In this document: in pieces, positions 38,129 through 47,861 of the stretch | How the letters are laid out: each line of letters begins with the position of its first letter | How positions within the stretch are numbered: position 1 is the stretch's first letter | Virus record (IMG/VR): IMGVR_UViG_3300033068_001847 | Coordinates: 32,001 to 96,000 of that record | Length of the DNA stretch: 64,000 nt | Reading direction: 5' to 3' (one strand) | Source of the DNA: a virus | Taxonomy: Duplodnaviria; Caudoviricetes | Notes under the pieces: generated by a model | Told to the model about the DNA's origin: nothing | Databases searched by the model: none | Seen by the model: the letters and a program-made list of their open reading frames with translations, nothing else | Program-made: the position numbers and the translations under genes

Positions 38129-39961
38129 TTATTTCACTTCATAAGAGAATGTAAATGAATAAATGTATGCTATATCTGTACTAGTTGTGTATGTAAAAGA
38201 TGCAGTATCATTAACTGTATTAGCTATTAATGATACTGGATTAGCTGTACTTACAGGTCCAAAACAAACACCATTTAAATCTGTTGCAACTGTAAAGTTA
38301 GATGATATTGGTAAACTTATTTCCACTGTTGTAACTGTACTAGTTCCATTTGTTGCATCAATTTCCATTTTACCATATACAGTTACTATATTATCTACTC
38401 TTGTATATTGACATTTATATGCAGTAGTACTAGTAATATTAGCAACATTTGTTAATGTCGGTGTATAAGTACCTCCAGTCATGTTTCCACCTGAACCGCT
38501 AGAAACACTACCATCAGCCATTAAATATTGACTAGAAGTTCCACCTGACTTAACAAATGATAATGCAGTTAATGTACCTGAATCACTAAGTATTATTTTA
38601 CTTACTCCATTAGTTCTAGCATTTAAAAAATCTCCAGAAGCACCACCAGTATTCTCAACAAGTAGATTATATGTTGTACCAGTACCATTATTAATGAATC
38701 TAGCGTTTTGAGTTTTTTTATAATTATTTGATTGTATGTTTGTGGGGTTATTACTTCCACCATTATTCTTTATATCTATACCATATGTTCCACCATTATT
38801 ATTTATAACTAATGCTGTATTAGCTTTATTTGTTATTGTTGCAGTCCCATTATAGTCTATACTAAATATAGTACCGTTATTATTAAATGAATTTTCAATA
38901 AAAAGACTATTCGAAAAGTTTCTAAGTCTAAAATCAGTCCTACCAGTATCTCCATATGTTATACCTGATGTAGTAAAATCAATTGATGATGATGATCCAC
39001 TTGACAATCTATTAAGTTCAATTTTTGTTGTTGTGCCTGTACTTGAAAATCGCTTAACCCCAACAAAAGTTTGATCTATAGTTGTCATTATACCACCGAA
39101 AGAAGATGATGCTGGTTCTAAATTTAATATTCCTGATGATAATGTTAAACCTGAAGCATTCGGTGTATTACCAATAATTTCTGTACTAACTCCACCACCT
39201 GTACTAACAGATCCATCTGCCATTAAATATTCTGATGATGTACCTCCTGATTTAATGAAAGCTGGTGATGTAAATGTACCCGAAGTTTTTACATTTCCGT
39301 TTAATCCTATATTAAAATAAGCATTACCTCTAGTGATATGAAAACTATTACTAGCAACACTCATAAAAGCCGCTATACCGCTACTAGGCATACCAATAGT
39401 CCAATCATCACTATTGGGACTTAATGTACCGAACGTAAGTCCAGCAGTATATCCAGTGGTAAATCTATGTATAGCTACTATAGTATTGCCACTAGGATTT
39501 TGAAAATAACTATTAGAACTGCTAAAAGTTTTAGATCCACCGATTGATTGATTTAGTGTTGTTAATATACCTCCGTTAGTTAATGAAGCTGGTTGTAATA
39601 TTAATGTACCTCCAGATATAGTTACACCTGATGAATTAGGAACGTTTCCTATAACACCTGCTGTTATTGATCCACTATCAGTAGATACACTTCCATCAGC
39701 CATAAGATACTGACTAGATGTACCTCCTGATTTAACAAATGAATTTGCTTGTATTGTAGTACCAGTTAATCCATTAGTTAATGTTCCACCTGTTAACGGT
39801 AACAATAATGTTAAACCAGAAGCTATCACATCAACATTTTCTTTTGTTAAATTAGCTAGTTCTGTAAATGTATTTCCAACATTATAAGGACTAATAGATT
39901 TATTTTTAGTCTTACTTGTAATGTTTACGGTTACACCCGTTAAAAAGGAGTTTATATTCAT
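38129..39961 (-). CDS. Tail fibre/adhesin-like protein (610 aa)
   Basis: G/S/T-rich; three KSGGTSSxYLMADGSVS-type repeats; C-terminal GTYTPTL..CQYTRVDNIVTVYG domain shared with two paralogs. Confidence 0.72.
   Translation of the reverse strand: MNINSFLTGVTVNITSKTKNKSISPYNVGNTFTELANLTKENVDVIASGLTLLLPLTGGTLTNGLTGTTIQANSFVKSGGTSSQYLMADGSVSTDSGSITAGVIGNVPNSSGVTISGGTLILQPASLTNGGILTTLNQSIGGSKTFSSSNSYFQNPSGNTIVAIHRFTTGYTAGLTFGTLSPNSDDWTIGMPSSGIAAFMSVASNSFHITRGNAYFNIGLNGNVKTSGTFTSPAFIKSGGTSSEYLMADGSVSTGGGVSTEIIGNTPNASGLTLSSGILNLEPASSSFGGIMTTIDQTFVGVKRFSSTGTTTKIELNRLSSGSSSSIDFTTSGITYGDTGRTDFRLRNFSNSLFIENSFNNNGTIFSIDYNGTATITNKANTALVINNNGGTYGIDIKNNGGSNNPTNIQSNNYKKTQNARFINNGTGTTYNLLVENTGGASGDFLNARTNGVSKIILSDSGTLTALSFVKSGGTSSQYLMADGSVSSGSGGNMTGGTYTPTLTNVANITSTTAYKCQYTRVDNIVTVYGKMEIDATNGTSTVTTVEISLPISSNFTVATDLNGVCFGPVSTANPVSLIANTVNDTASFTYTTSTDIAYIYSFTFSYEVK
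38847..39202. repeat. 356-bp perfect direct repeat, copy 1
   Basis: Identical base for base to 49246-49601 (offset 10,399). Confidence 0.92.
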
Positions 39962-39970
39962 TTCGTATTA

Positions 39971-40435
39971 TTAATTAAATTCTTCGGTAAATGTATTATT
40001 GAAAATATCATTTCCACTTCTATTACTTCTATTATATTCATTAAATAACGAGCTTACAATATTAATATATAGATCATCGTTTATTGGAGCTATAAAAGTT
40101 CCAGTTATATTACTTTCTTCAGTGTCATAAAATTCAATTTTAAACTCACCTTTATATCTACCTATCTTATTAGTATCTTTTTCAGAGAATTTATAGTAGA
40201 TATAATATTCTTCTTCTTTCACTAAACAATCCACGCAAGGTTCTTTTAATATTATACCTGCCCTTTGTTTAGTAATTCGGTAACTATTATTTTCAACATC
40301 AAACATGGAAAATGTAATAGTACTATTTTCTAATGCGTTGTAGAATTCTTCATATAAAAAATAATTATCTTTATTTAATCGCATTACTAAAATAGGTAAT
40401 GTAGCTCCTTGTTTAATATTAAACTCTTGTATCAT
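39971..40435 (-). CDS. BppU N-terminal-like virion protein
   Basis: FNIKQGATLPIL..ITFSM..YYKFSEKDT..GRYKGEFKI pattern. Confidence 0.6.
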   Translation of the reverse strand: MIQEFNIKQGATLPILVMRLNKDNYFLYEEFYNALENSTITFSMFDVENNSYRITKQRAGIILKEPCVDCLVKEEEYYIYYKFSEKDTNKIGRYKGEFKIEFYDTEESNITGTFIAPINDDLYINIVSSLFNEYNRSNRSGNDIFNNTFTEEFN

Positions 40436-40436
40436 T

Positions 40437-41786
40437 CTATTTAGTTAAATTTGAATTAATAATTATTTCTGATCCACCAAAATTCTCTGGTCTCCTATAA
40501 ATATCTTTGAATGTATAATAATTTCTAATAATTTCAGGAATAGTTAGGGGTCGGCTGTACATGGATGCTACTGAAATTCCACCTATAAATGATCCAGAAA
40601 ATTCACGTTCCATAAAAAGTCCAGTATCTTCACTATCAACCCCATCAAAGGTTATACTTTCAAGTAATCCTTGAGTACCACCACCGATTGAAATATTAAA
40701 GGGTACACCTTGTTGTTTACTACGATGTAATTCTAATTCTCTGAATATTGGTTCTTCAATCATTGTTTTATATACTGGTCTACCATTAACTAAGAAAGTT
40801 AATTTACCCTTTTGAGTATCTGGTATATCTTCGAATGATGTACATTCCTCTATATAATCAGCACAAAAACTTGTTAATCGTTGATTACGCTTGAATATGA
40901 TAGTTACGTTAATCCAACTATTTTCAGTATCTCCCGTAAAAATTAACGGTGTTTCTTCTTCCTTTATAGATGTAAGTGTATTACCTGAAATATCCTTGCG
41001 AACTATTACTGATTTATATCCTAGCTTATTATCTTTATAAAAGAATCCAATCCCATTTACATCATTAACAGTTGTTCCAGTATCATAGGTTAAACCTGTA
41101 CTAATTAAACTTGTATCACCCGTAACTGGTGATATTAATGTATTTTCTGAAGTAGTTTTTCCAGTTTCATTATCAATAATATTATGAAATTTATTCTCGG
41201 ATCTTGATCCCATGAAGAAAAAGAAACCCTTATTTTCTGGATAAATGCTATTCAATGAATTTGTATTTGTAGATACTTCTTGAGGGTTTAGCCAGAAATT
41301 TAAGGTAAATCCTTCCTCAGTTCTATTAGGTAACATTAAATAAGGGTAATCATACAATTTGTAAAATCCTTGATAAAATCCTCCGTCTAAACTTAAATAA
41401 CTCTTATGAATGTAAGTGTCATTTTCAAAGCTAAGATTATAATTATATGTTGATCCTGTAACTGGTTTAAGTAATAAAGTAGATCCAGTGGTGAATGTTA
41501 CAGTATCACCAGTTATGTTTTGCATATAACCAGTATCTACACCACATAAACCTAGATCTGAAATAGTAAATCCTGAACTTGTTCTACCTGTATAATTATA
41601 CAAACTGGTGATATTATTTACATCAGAGTACTCTGCAAAATCATAATAGAAAGTAAGATCATCAGTTATTAAATAACTTTCTGCTAAACTTCCTTTCTCA
41701 AAATCTAAATCCTTATCATCAGTTAAAACTAAATCAAAAGAATATATATTAACAAAATCAAATTGTAAATTTTTTGAATTATCCAT
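40437..41786 (-). CDS. Virion protein with LamG/concanavalin-like features
   Basis: FTLNFWL, WINVTIIF, TFLVNG and FIGGIS..MYSRPLT..EI..NY are LamG-like motifs. Confidence 0.55.
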   Translation of the reverse strand: MDNSKNLQFDFVNIYSFDLVLTDDKDLDFEKGSLAESYLITDDLTFYYDFAEYSDVNNITSLYNYTGRTSSGFTISDLGLCGVDTGYMQNITGDTVTFTTGSTLLLKPVTGSTYNYNLSFENDTYIHKSYLSLDGGFYQGFYKLYDYPYLMLPNRTEEGFTLNFWLNPQEVSTNTNSLNSIYPENKGFFFFMGSRSENKFHNIIDNETGKTTSENTLISPVTGDTSLISTGLTYDTGTTVNDVNGIGFFYKDNKLGYKSVIVRKDISGNTLTSIKEEETPLIFTGDTENSWINVTIIFKRNQRLTSFCADYIEECTSFEDIPDTQKGKLTFLVNGRPVYKTMIEEPIFRELELHRSKQQGVPFNISIGGGTQGLLESITFDGVDSEDTGLFMEREFSGSFIGGISVASMYSRPLTIPEIIRNYYTFKDIYRRPENFGGSEIIINSNLTK

Positions 41787-42479
41787 TTATAGTATTACAC
41801 CTAGTTTCTTTAAAGTTTCTGTACCAACAATACCATCTGCTGTTAAACCATTTTTAGATTGAAAGTCCGTAACCGCATCATGAGTACCCTTACCAAACCA
41901 GCCATCATTAATTAAATTATAACCATGCTTATTTAATGCATTTTGGATCTTAATTATATTACCATCCTTCATGTAAGGATTTCTTAATTTATATAAAGTT
42001 TCTTTCTTTAAAACATCACCATGTAATATTGTGAATGTATAAATTTTATTATCTTTAAATAATCCTCTAAAATCTTCTTGCATACTACCTTGAATCCAAT
42101 TCATTACTGGAGTACCATCAATATATTTTTTACCTTCAAGCTTTGTATTTTTATATTGATTTTTCGCAACTAGAATACATCCTTCGGTATCAAGATTGGT
42201 CATCCCACCATGTACTCTAACACCCTCCCATTTATCACCATTTTCAGCTATAATGGTTAATGTTTTATCATCATTATATAATAAAGGCATATCTTTCTTA
42301 TATTTTGGGGAGTAAGTCATTTTTATTTTATATTCACCATATGGTATACAAGTTTGTGCCTTGATTTTAGCATCTCTTACCGCATCTTCGATAGTTTTAC
42401 AATATTCTTTACCATCAAGAGTTATATAACCTAAAGTATCATAATCAGTTCCGAATGTTCTATATAATTTAAAATCCAT
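41787..42479 (-). CDS. DUF5675-family putative cell-wall enzyme with a C-terminal peptidoglycan-binding domain
   Basis: TLG..CKTIED..TCIPYGEY..SPKY..GVRVHGG..DTEGCILV, then IQNAL..DGWFGKGT..AV..FQ..GL.ADGIVG.ET (PG_binding_1). Confidence 0.82.
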   Translation of the reverse strand: MDFKLYRTFGTDYDTLGYITLDGKEYCKTIEDAVRDAKIKAQTCIPYGEYKIKMTYSPKYKKDMPLLYNDDKTLTIIAENGDKWEGVRVHGGMTNLDTEGCILVAKNQYKNTKLEGKKYIDGTPVMNWIQGSMQEDFRGLFKDNKIYTFTILHGDVLKKETLYKLRNPYMKDGNIIKIQNALNKHGYNLINDGWFGKGTHDAVTDFQSKNGLTADGIVGTETLKKLGVIL

Positions 42480-42519
42480 GAGTCTTTTTCTATAAATAGT
42501 TTACAGGAGATTTATAAAC

Positions 42520-42551
42520 AAAAAAAAAGTATCACCAAATGATGATACTTT
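42520..42551 (-). terminator. Rho-independent terminator
   Basis: AAAGTATCAT-cattt-GGTGATACTTTTTTTT on the minus strand. Confidence 0.7.
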
Positions 42552-42594
42552 CTCATGAAATAAACAACTACTCAGGATGAGTTTCTTTTCTAAT

Positions 42595-43020
42595 TTACTC
42601 TTCGACTACTACAGTTGTTGTGGTAATACCAGTTAAAATTACATTTAACTTATTTTTTAATCCATAATATACATCACTTATAGTATTCCCTGTAAGTGTT
42701 ATAGAATGAAAATGTGAAGGTAAATTTCTTGGTTCAATATCTACAGGTGTAGGTACTTGTAAAAAATTAGATGTATTAAAATTAAAATTACGTTCACCTG
42801 CTAAATAATCAGTATAACTTTTAAAATAATTTACTGTTACAGTTCCTGTCATTGGTGTGATCACTTCAGGTGTAATAGTAAATGCACCTTCAGGGGTATC
42901 ATGATATACAGATTGCATTATTGTAAAGTTTACAATTTTTGCAATGGGTTGTAACACTATAAATCCACTATCTACTTTACCTTCTAAAGGTTTAACATTA
43001 GTACCTATTTGTAAATACAT
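42595..43020 (-). CDS. Hypothetical virion protein (141 aa)
   Basis: ORF in the fibre cluster. Confidence 0.5.
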   Translation of the reverse strand: MYLQIGTNVKPLEGKVDSGFIVLQPIAKIVNFTIMQSVYHDTPEGAFTITPEVITPMTGTVTVNYFKSYTDYLAGERNFNFNTSNFLQVPTPVDIEPRNLPSHFHSITLTGNTISDVYYGLKNKLNVILTGITTTTVVVEE

Positions 43021-43024
43021 CTTA

Positions 43025-43195
43025 TTATTTCTTTGCTTCTGGTGCTTGTTCAGCTACCTCTAATTGTTTAATAATACCATCTAGTGTTTGTAATGCTATG
43101 ATTATATGTTGGTGATCCTGACGTGATAATTGCACGGTACTTGTTACTCTGTCTAAAATTTCCAAAGCTTGTTTTGGTGTCATTTGTTGTTCCAT
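43025..43195 (-). CDS. Small hypothetical protein (56 aa)
   Basis: Below the track cutoff. MEQQMTPKQALEILDRVT...APEAKK; TATTTATA at 43241-43248 upstream. Confidence 0.6.
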   Translation of the reverse strand: MEQQMTPKQALEILDRVTSTVQLSRQDHQHIIIALQTLDGIIKQLEVAEQAPEAKK

Positions 43196-43248
43196 AATTA
43201 TTTTCTTAATTTATATTAATATAATTTTTAATTTATTTTTTATAAATA

Positions 43249-43515
43249 CTATTTCTCCCAATATTTTTTTGGACAAGAAGATGCATATGGTGAAAATATT
43301 TTTTTTGATAAAACACATCCACATGCTCCACATTTAAACTGATTTAATAAAGCATTTTTATCAGTCATTGCTTTTAATAAAGCATTATCTAATTGAACCT
43401 TAAAGGGACAAGCATCACATATAGTTGCTCTATAATTTGCAATTTCTTGTTGTTCTTTACTTGGGTTAAATGAGGTAACCCATGCTGTAAATATTTCACT
43501 AATTTTAGCAATCAT
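43249..43515 (-). CDS. Small Cys-rich metal-binding protein
   Basis: R..ICDACP..CGACGC.L..K..SSCP..W motif. Confidence 0.65.
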   Translation of the reverse strand: MIAKISEIFTAWVTSFNPSKEQQEIANYRATICDACPFKVQLDNALLKAMTDKNALLNQFKCGACGCVLSKKIFSPYASSCPKKYWEK

Positions 43516-43556
43516 ATAAATAATATATATTTATTTATTTAATATTTAAAGTTTAT

Positions 43557-43982
43557 TTATAATAACTCACTAAAACATTCAGTAGCTTGTATAATATATC
43601 CAGTTCCACTATCAATTGTTATACCTGTAGTATATTCAGCACAAACAGATACATTACCTTCAACAGGTACACTTCCATAAGTATATCCTCCCTCACAAAT
43701 TCTATAACCAAAAATAAGTTCTGTTAAACCTGTATTATAAATTGTAAAAGTATAACAAAGTGTTGTAGAACCAGATCCTATAGGACAAGATGTTAAATCC
43801 TCATAAGGTGCTATATAATCAGGATCTGAAAATGTGTTTGTTTTAGTTGCCTGTGGGAGACCAGAAATTCTAATAGGAACATCATAAATATCCAAAGGCT
43901 CTTGATATAATGGATCTTCTATATCTACTATATCTGTTCTTACTCTTTTTAATGTAAGTACTTCTCTATTACCTGTATTCAT
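43557..43982 (-). CDS. Hypothetical Cys-containing virion protein (141 aa)
   Basis: ORF downstream of the main fibre gene. Confidence 0.5.
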   Translation of the reverse strand: MNTGNREVLTLKRVRTDIVDIEDPLYQEPLDIYDVPIRISGLPQATKTNTFSDPDYIAPYEDLTSCPIGSGSTTLCYTFTIYNTGLTELIFGYRICEGGYTYGSVPVEGNVSVCAEYTTGITIDSGTGYIIQATECFSELL

Positions 43983-44007
43983 ATTTTTTTATATTAATTA
44001 TTTTTTT

Positions 44008-44325
44008 TTAATCAGATTCACATCTTGAAGTAGCTTCTATCCATCCTCCAGTTATTACTACTGAATCATCTACACAATAAGAAGTACCTTCTATCCATCC
44101 TCCAGTAACTGCATCTACTGGTAAAAATGTTCTTTTTGGAACTAAATAATTATCACCATGACCAGCCATATTTGTACTATCAAATACATACTTTTCAATA
44201 GCTTCTGATTTAGTTACTGGTTCTTGTGAAGTCACATGGAACTGTCCCGGTTTTAAATCAAATCCACTAGTTTGTAAATCTGTAAATGTCACCATATATT
44301 TAAGACCTTTATCTACCCAAGCCAT
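44008..44325 (-). CDS. Hypothetical protein (105 aa) with a tandem TGGWIE repeat
   Basis: VTGGWIEGTSYC and ITGGWIEATSRC. Confidence 0.5.
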   Translation of the reverse strand: MAWVDKGLKYMVTFTDLQTSGFDLKPGQFHVTSQEPVTKSEAIEKYVFDSTNMAGHGDNYLVPKRTFLPVDAVTGGWIEGTSYCVDDSVVITGGWIEATSRCESD

Positions 44326-47300
44326 TTAATTGTTCTTTTAATTTTTTTATTTCATCTTCTAAATCCTCTACTTTAGCAACAAGTACTGCTGTATAATTTA
44401 TTGATAGAAAACCATTGTTATTAGTAAATACTGCTTCAGGCATATAATTTTGTACTTGTTGTGCAGAATATCCATAATTAATATTAGTGCCTTTAATTGC
44501 ATCTTTCCATGTCCAAGCAATTGCTGTAATACCATTTGCACTGAATTTCTTATTAACTATATTTTTAAGTCGTATATCAGAAGTTTCAATAAAATTATCT
44601 GCTGTTATATCAGAACCTACTGTCATTGCACCATTTACGTTAGCAATAGATACTCTTGTTGTCCAAGTTCCTGTTCTAAATGTTTGAAGCTGCATATCAC
44701 CATCATCACCTAGATGAAATGCTGCACCTCTTGTAGCTGTTACAGAGTCATTAAGTTGTAACCTCGCTCCAGTTGATAGATCATCATCTGCGGCTTTTGT
44801 TATAAAAACCTGCCCGTTTTCAATACCTAAATTTTTATTGAATGCCGTATTACCTCTTCCAAGTACAGTATCTATTGTATCTACCTCAGTAAAAGAAGTT
44901 AAATAACCCGCATCATTTGTGAAATAACTAACTCCAGTAGGTTTACCAGTTACATCAGTCCATGCAGGTACATAACTTATAGATTTATATAAACCAGCAT
45001 GATTACCCCAACTATAGGCTGTATTACCATTTGAAATATCTGTAGTAGTTGGAATTACATAACCTGCTGTTAAAGTAAGTGCTAGAGTACCTGATGTTGT
45101 GATTGGATTACCTGCTATACTTAAACCAGTAGGTACACTCATATTTACTGATGTCACTGTACCTGCATTACTAGTATATCCGTTTGGATTACTTGCTAAA
45201 TAATATGTAGAGTTATCGTAACTTATTACACCTCCTGTACTTTTAACAAAACCTGTTCCTATTAAAGCATCTTGTTTTCCATGCCAAATAACAGATGATG
45301 ATATATAAGTATCAGCAATAGGAGTTCCTTGCCAAGTACCTGTACCGATTGTACCTAATGTTGTAATTGAGGTTTGACCTACATATGTTGATGCTATATC
45401 AATTGTAGGTGTTAATCCACCACCCCCTGAAACAGTTATTCTATTAGGTGTTCCAGTAGTTGTTATTGTCCAAGTTCTATCAGTTGTTAAATTTTGAGTT
45501 GAACCATTAATAGTTATATTAGTTGCAGAAGTTGTATATGTAGTAGAAGGTATTTCTTCATATGCATTGGTTGAATTATTTTTAACTACTAATGTATATC
45601 CTCCTGAACTATATGTTGTTGGATCATTGTAAATCGTTGCTTGGAACGTTTTAGATCCACTAAATGTTTGAGATCCAGTAGTTACATAACCTGAATCACT
45701 TGCACTAGCAGGAATGGAGCTTATAATACCTGTACCTGAACTATAAAATATAGGGTATGTTGCAGATAAATCAATATCTGCTCGAACTTCAGCACCAGTT
45801 CTAAATTTTAAATCACCTCCATCAGATACAATAAACTTATCAACATCTGTTGTAGCAGCCTGTAAATTGGTTATAGTGATATTAGGTGTAGTAAATCTAC
45901 CTATATCACTAAGTGTTGTTGTTGTAACTGAATTTTTAGTATATGTAAATGGGTTACCTGTAGCTGCTGTAGCATGATTTATGTTAATAGACTTTGCACC
46001 AGCAAGAGTTGTATTAATATCAATAGCAGTTCCACCTGTATTAAATATACGCACACCTGTACCAGTTGAAGTATTTGCAATATCTATACCTATACTGGTA
46101 TTTATATTACTTACATAAATACCTTTACCACTTGTATTATTACTTACACTATAACCATTCCCTGAAGAGGAATTAGAAACATGTACACCATTACCACTAC
46201 TACCATTAAAAAGATCAATACCAATACCAGTACTACTATTAGTTACACTTATACCTCTACCAGTATTTGTATTATCTACATGTAATCCTCTAGCTGTATT
46301 ACTATTGGTCAATTGGAAACCATATCCATTACTAGAATTATTTAAATAAATACCATAACCAGTACTACTATTATTAATATCTATTCCTATTCCACCAGAT
46401 ATATTATTAATATATGTTGCTTTACCTGTAGAACTATTTGTTACATCAATAGCATTATCAGTACCTGAATATATTATAGTATGACCGTAACCTGTAGTTA
46501 TTGTTTGAAGTATACTGTGGTTAGTTCCTAAATCAATATTTTTAGTTGCACCAGTATAAGGAACATATAAATCATTACCTTGACCTAATGTTATAAATTC
46601 ATCTAATTCAATAGCATCATCACCAATTACTCTTCCACTGAATCTTGCTGATATCAAATCAGTAGTAAATAAATCTAACTTATATGTGGGTGATATCCCA
46701 AATCCAATTTTATGAGTTGTATCACCTATTAAAACAACGTTATTGACTGAACTGGATAGATTATGACCAATTAATATATTATTGGTTAAAGTACTACTAG
46801 CATTAATATTATTACCAACATAAATACTATCAGATCCTGATGTAATACCGCTTGCAGTATAAGTACCTATACCAATATTTCTTGATCCAGAGGTGATTCC
46901 ACTAAAACTACCTTGACCGATACCAATAACTGAAGCACCAGTATTTGAAACATTCAAATTACCAGCATTAACACCTAAATAAAGACTAGTTTCATTAAAT
47001 GTTCCTGTAGTATGTAATATTCTATTACCATTTTTCCAAAGTGTTTTACCATAATAAAAATGATCACCTACAGTTGCATTTCCACTGATTCTAAATTTTT
47101 TATTTTCTATTACAGCATCTTGATTTCTTATAAAATTTAAATCAGCTTCTGGTTTACTATATGTATAACCAGATTGAATATATCTACCATCTAAATTTAC
47201 AATTACATTAGTTTCATCATTTTTTTTCTTTAATGTTAAATCACCATTATTAACATTAAATGTTGCTCCTGTTAAATAGATATCAATTGGTGGTGTGTAA

Positions 47301-47779
47301 GGATCTGAGTCAATTAATAACTCTCTCCATATAGTCTCTAAACGAGTCATAGGAGGATAATAAGTACCAGTGTCTATACCACCTAATTTTCCGCTAGGTA
47401 TGTTTGTAGTTAATCCAGAAAGTAATACAGGAGATTCAGATGTAGTTGCACCTGATAACATTGTAAAAACTAAAGAACTTCCAGAAACAATAACAACGTG
47501 ACCTTCATAACCTGAATAAGTAAATGGTGTATCAGTTAATTGTAAAAAACTAGTTGCACCTGATGTACCTATTCCACCAGTCATTCCACTAAGTGGTGCA
47601 GATAGTACTAAACCATATTCATCAGTAAAAAGGATGTTTGGATTATTATAACCGCCAAGTCTTGCAACTCCCGGTAGTATTAGATTTTCACCTAAATTAA
47701 TTGATCCCGCTAAAATTGCAGTTTTACCTGTTTCGATTCTAGCCTGCTTAGTTAAGTCGAGCTTTGTTATATATGCCAT
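44309..47779 (-). CDS. Long tail fibre/spike with beta-helix-like repeats and a C-terminal intramolecular chaperone (peptidase S74)
   Basis: N.S.G.GI.I repeats; TSDIRLKNI..YGYSAQQVQ..PEAV..LSINY..coiled coil is the S74 chaperone pattern. Confidence 0.85.
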   Translation of the reverse strand: MAYITKLDLTKQARIETGKTAILAGSINLGENLILPGVARLGGYNNPNILFTDEYGLVLSAPLSGMTGGIGTSGATSFLQLTDTPFTYSGYEGHVVIVSGSSLVFTMLSGATTSESPVLLSGLTTNIPSGKLGGIDTGTYYPPMTRLETIWRELLIDSDPYTPPIDIYLTGATFNVNNGDLTLKKKNDETNVIVNLDGRYIQSGYTYSKPEADLNFIRNQDAVIENKKFRISGNATVGDHFYYGKTLWKNGNRILHTTGTFNETSLYLGVNAGNLNVSNTGASVIGIGQGSFSGITSGSRNIGIGTYTASGITSGSDSIYVGNNINASSTLTNNILIGHNLSSSVNNVVLIGDTTHKIGFGISPTYKLDLFTTDLISARFSGRVIGDDAIELDEFITLGQGNDLYVPYTGATKNIDLGTNHSILQTITTGYGHTIIYSGTDNAIDVTNSSTGKATYINNISGGIGIDINNSSTGYGIYLNNSSNGYGFQLTNSNTARGLHVDNTNTGRGISVTNSSTGIGIDLFNGSSGNGVHVSNSSSGNGYSVSNNTSGKGIYVSNINTSIGIDIANTSTGTGVRIFNTGGTAIDINTTLAGAKSININHATAATGNPFTYTKNSVTTTTLSDIGRFTTPNITITNLQAATTDVDKFIVSDGGDLKFRTGAEVRADIDLSATYPIFYSSGTGIISSIPASASDSGYVTTGSQTFSGSKTFQATIYNDPTTYSSGGYTLVVKNNSTNAYEEIPSTTYTTSATNITINGSTQNLTTDRTWTITTTGTPNRITVSGGGGLTPTIDIASTYVGQTSITTLGTIGTGTWQGTPIADTYISSSVIWHGKQDALIGTGFVKSTGGVISYDNSTYYLASNPNGYTSNAGTVTSVNMSVPTGLSIAGNPITTSGTLALTLTAGYVIPTTTDISNGNTAYSWGNHAGLYKSISYVPAWTDVTGKPTGVSYFTNDAGYLTSFTEVDTIDTVLGRGNTAFNKNLGIENGQVFITKAADDDLSTGARLQLNDSVTATRGAAFHLGDDGDMQLQTFRTGTWTTRVSIANVNGAMTVGSDITADNFIETSDIRLKNIVNKKFSANGITAIAWTWKDAIKGTNINYGYSAQQVQNYMPEAVFTNNNGFLSINYTAVLVAKVEDLEDEIKKLKEQLNGLGR

Positions 47780-47861
47780 GTTTCTGAATTATGTGATTTT
47801 ATATAAAATCATAAACCTTAAAAAGGATGTAATTCTTTTATATAAATAGTTCAGAAAATTA

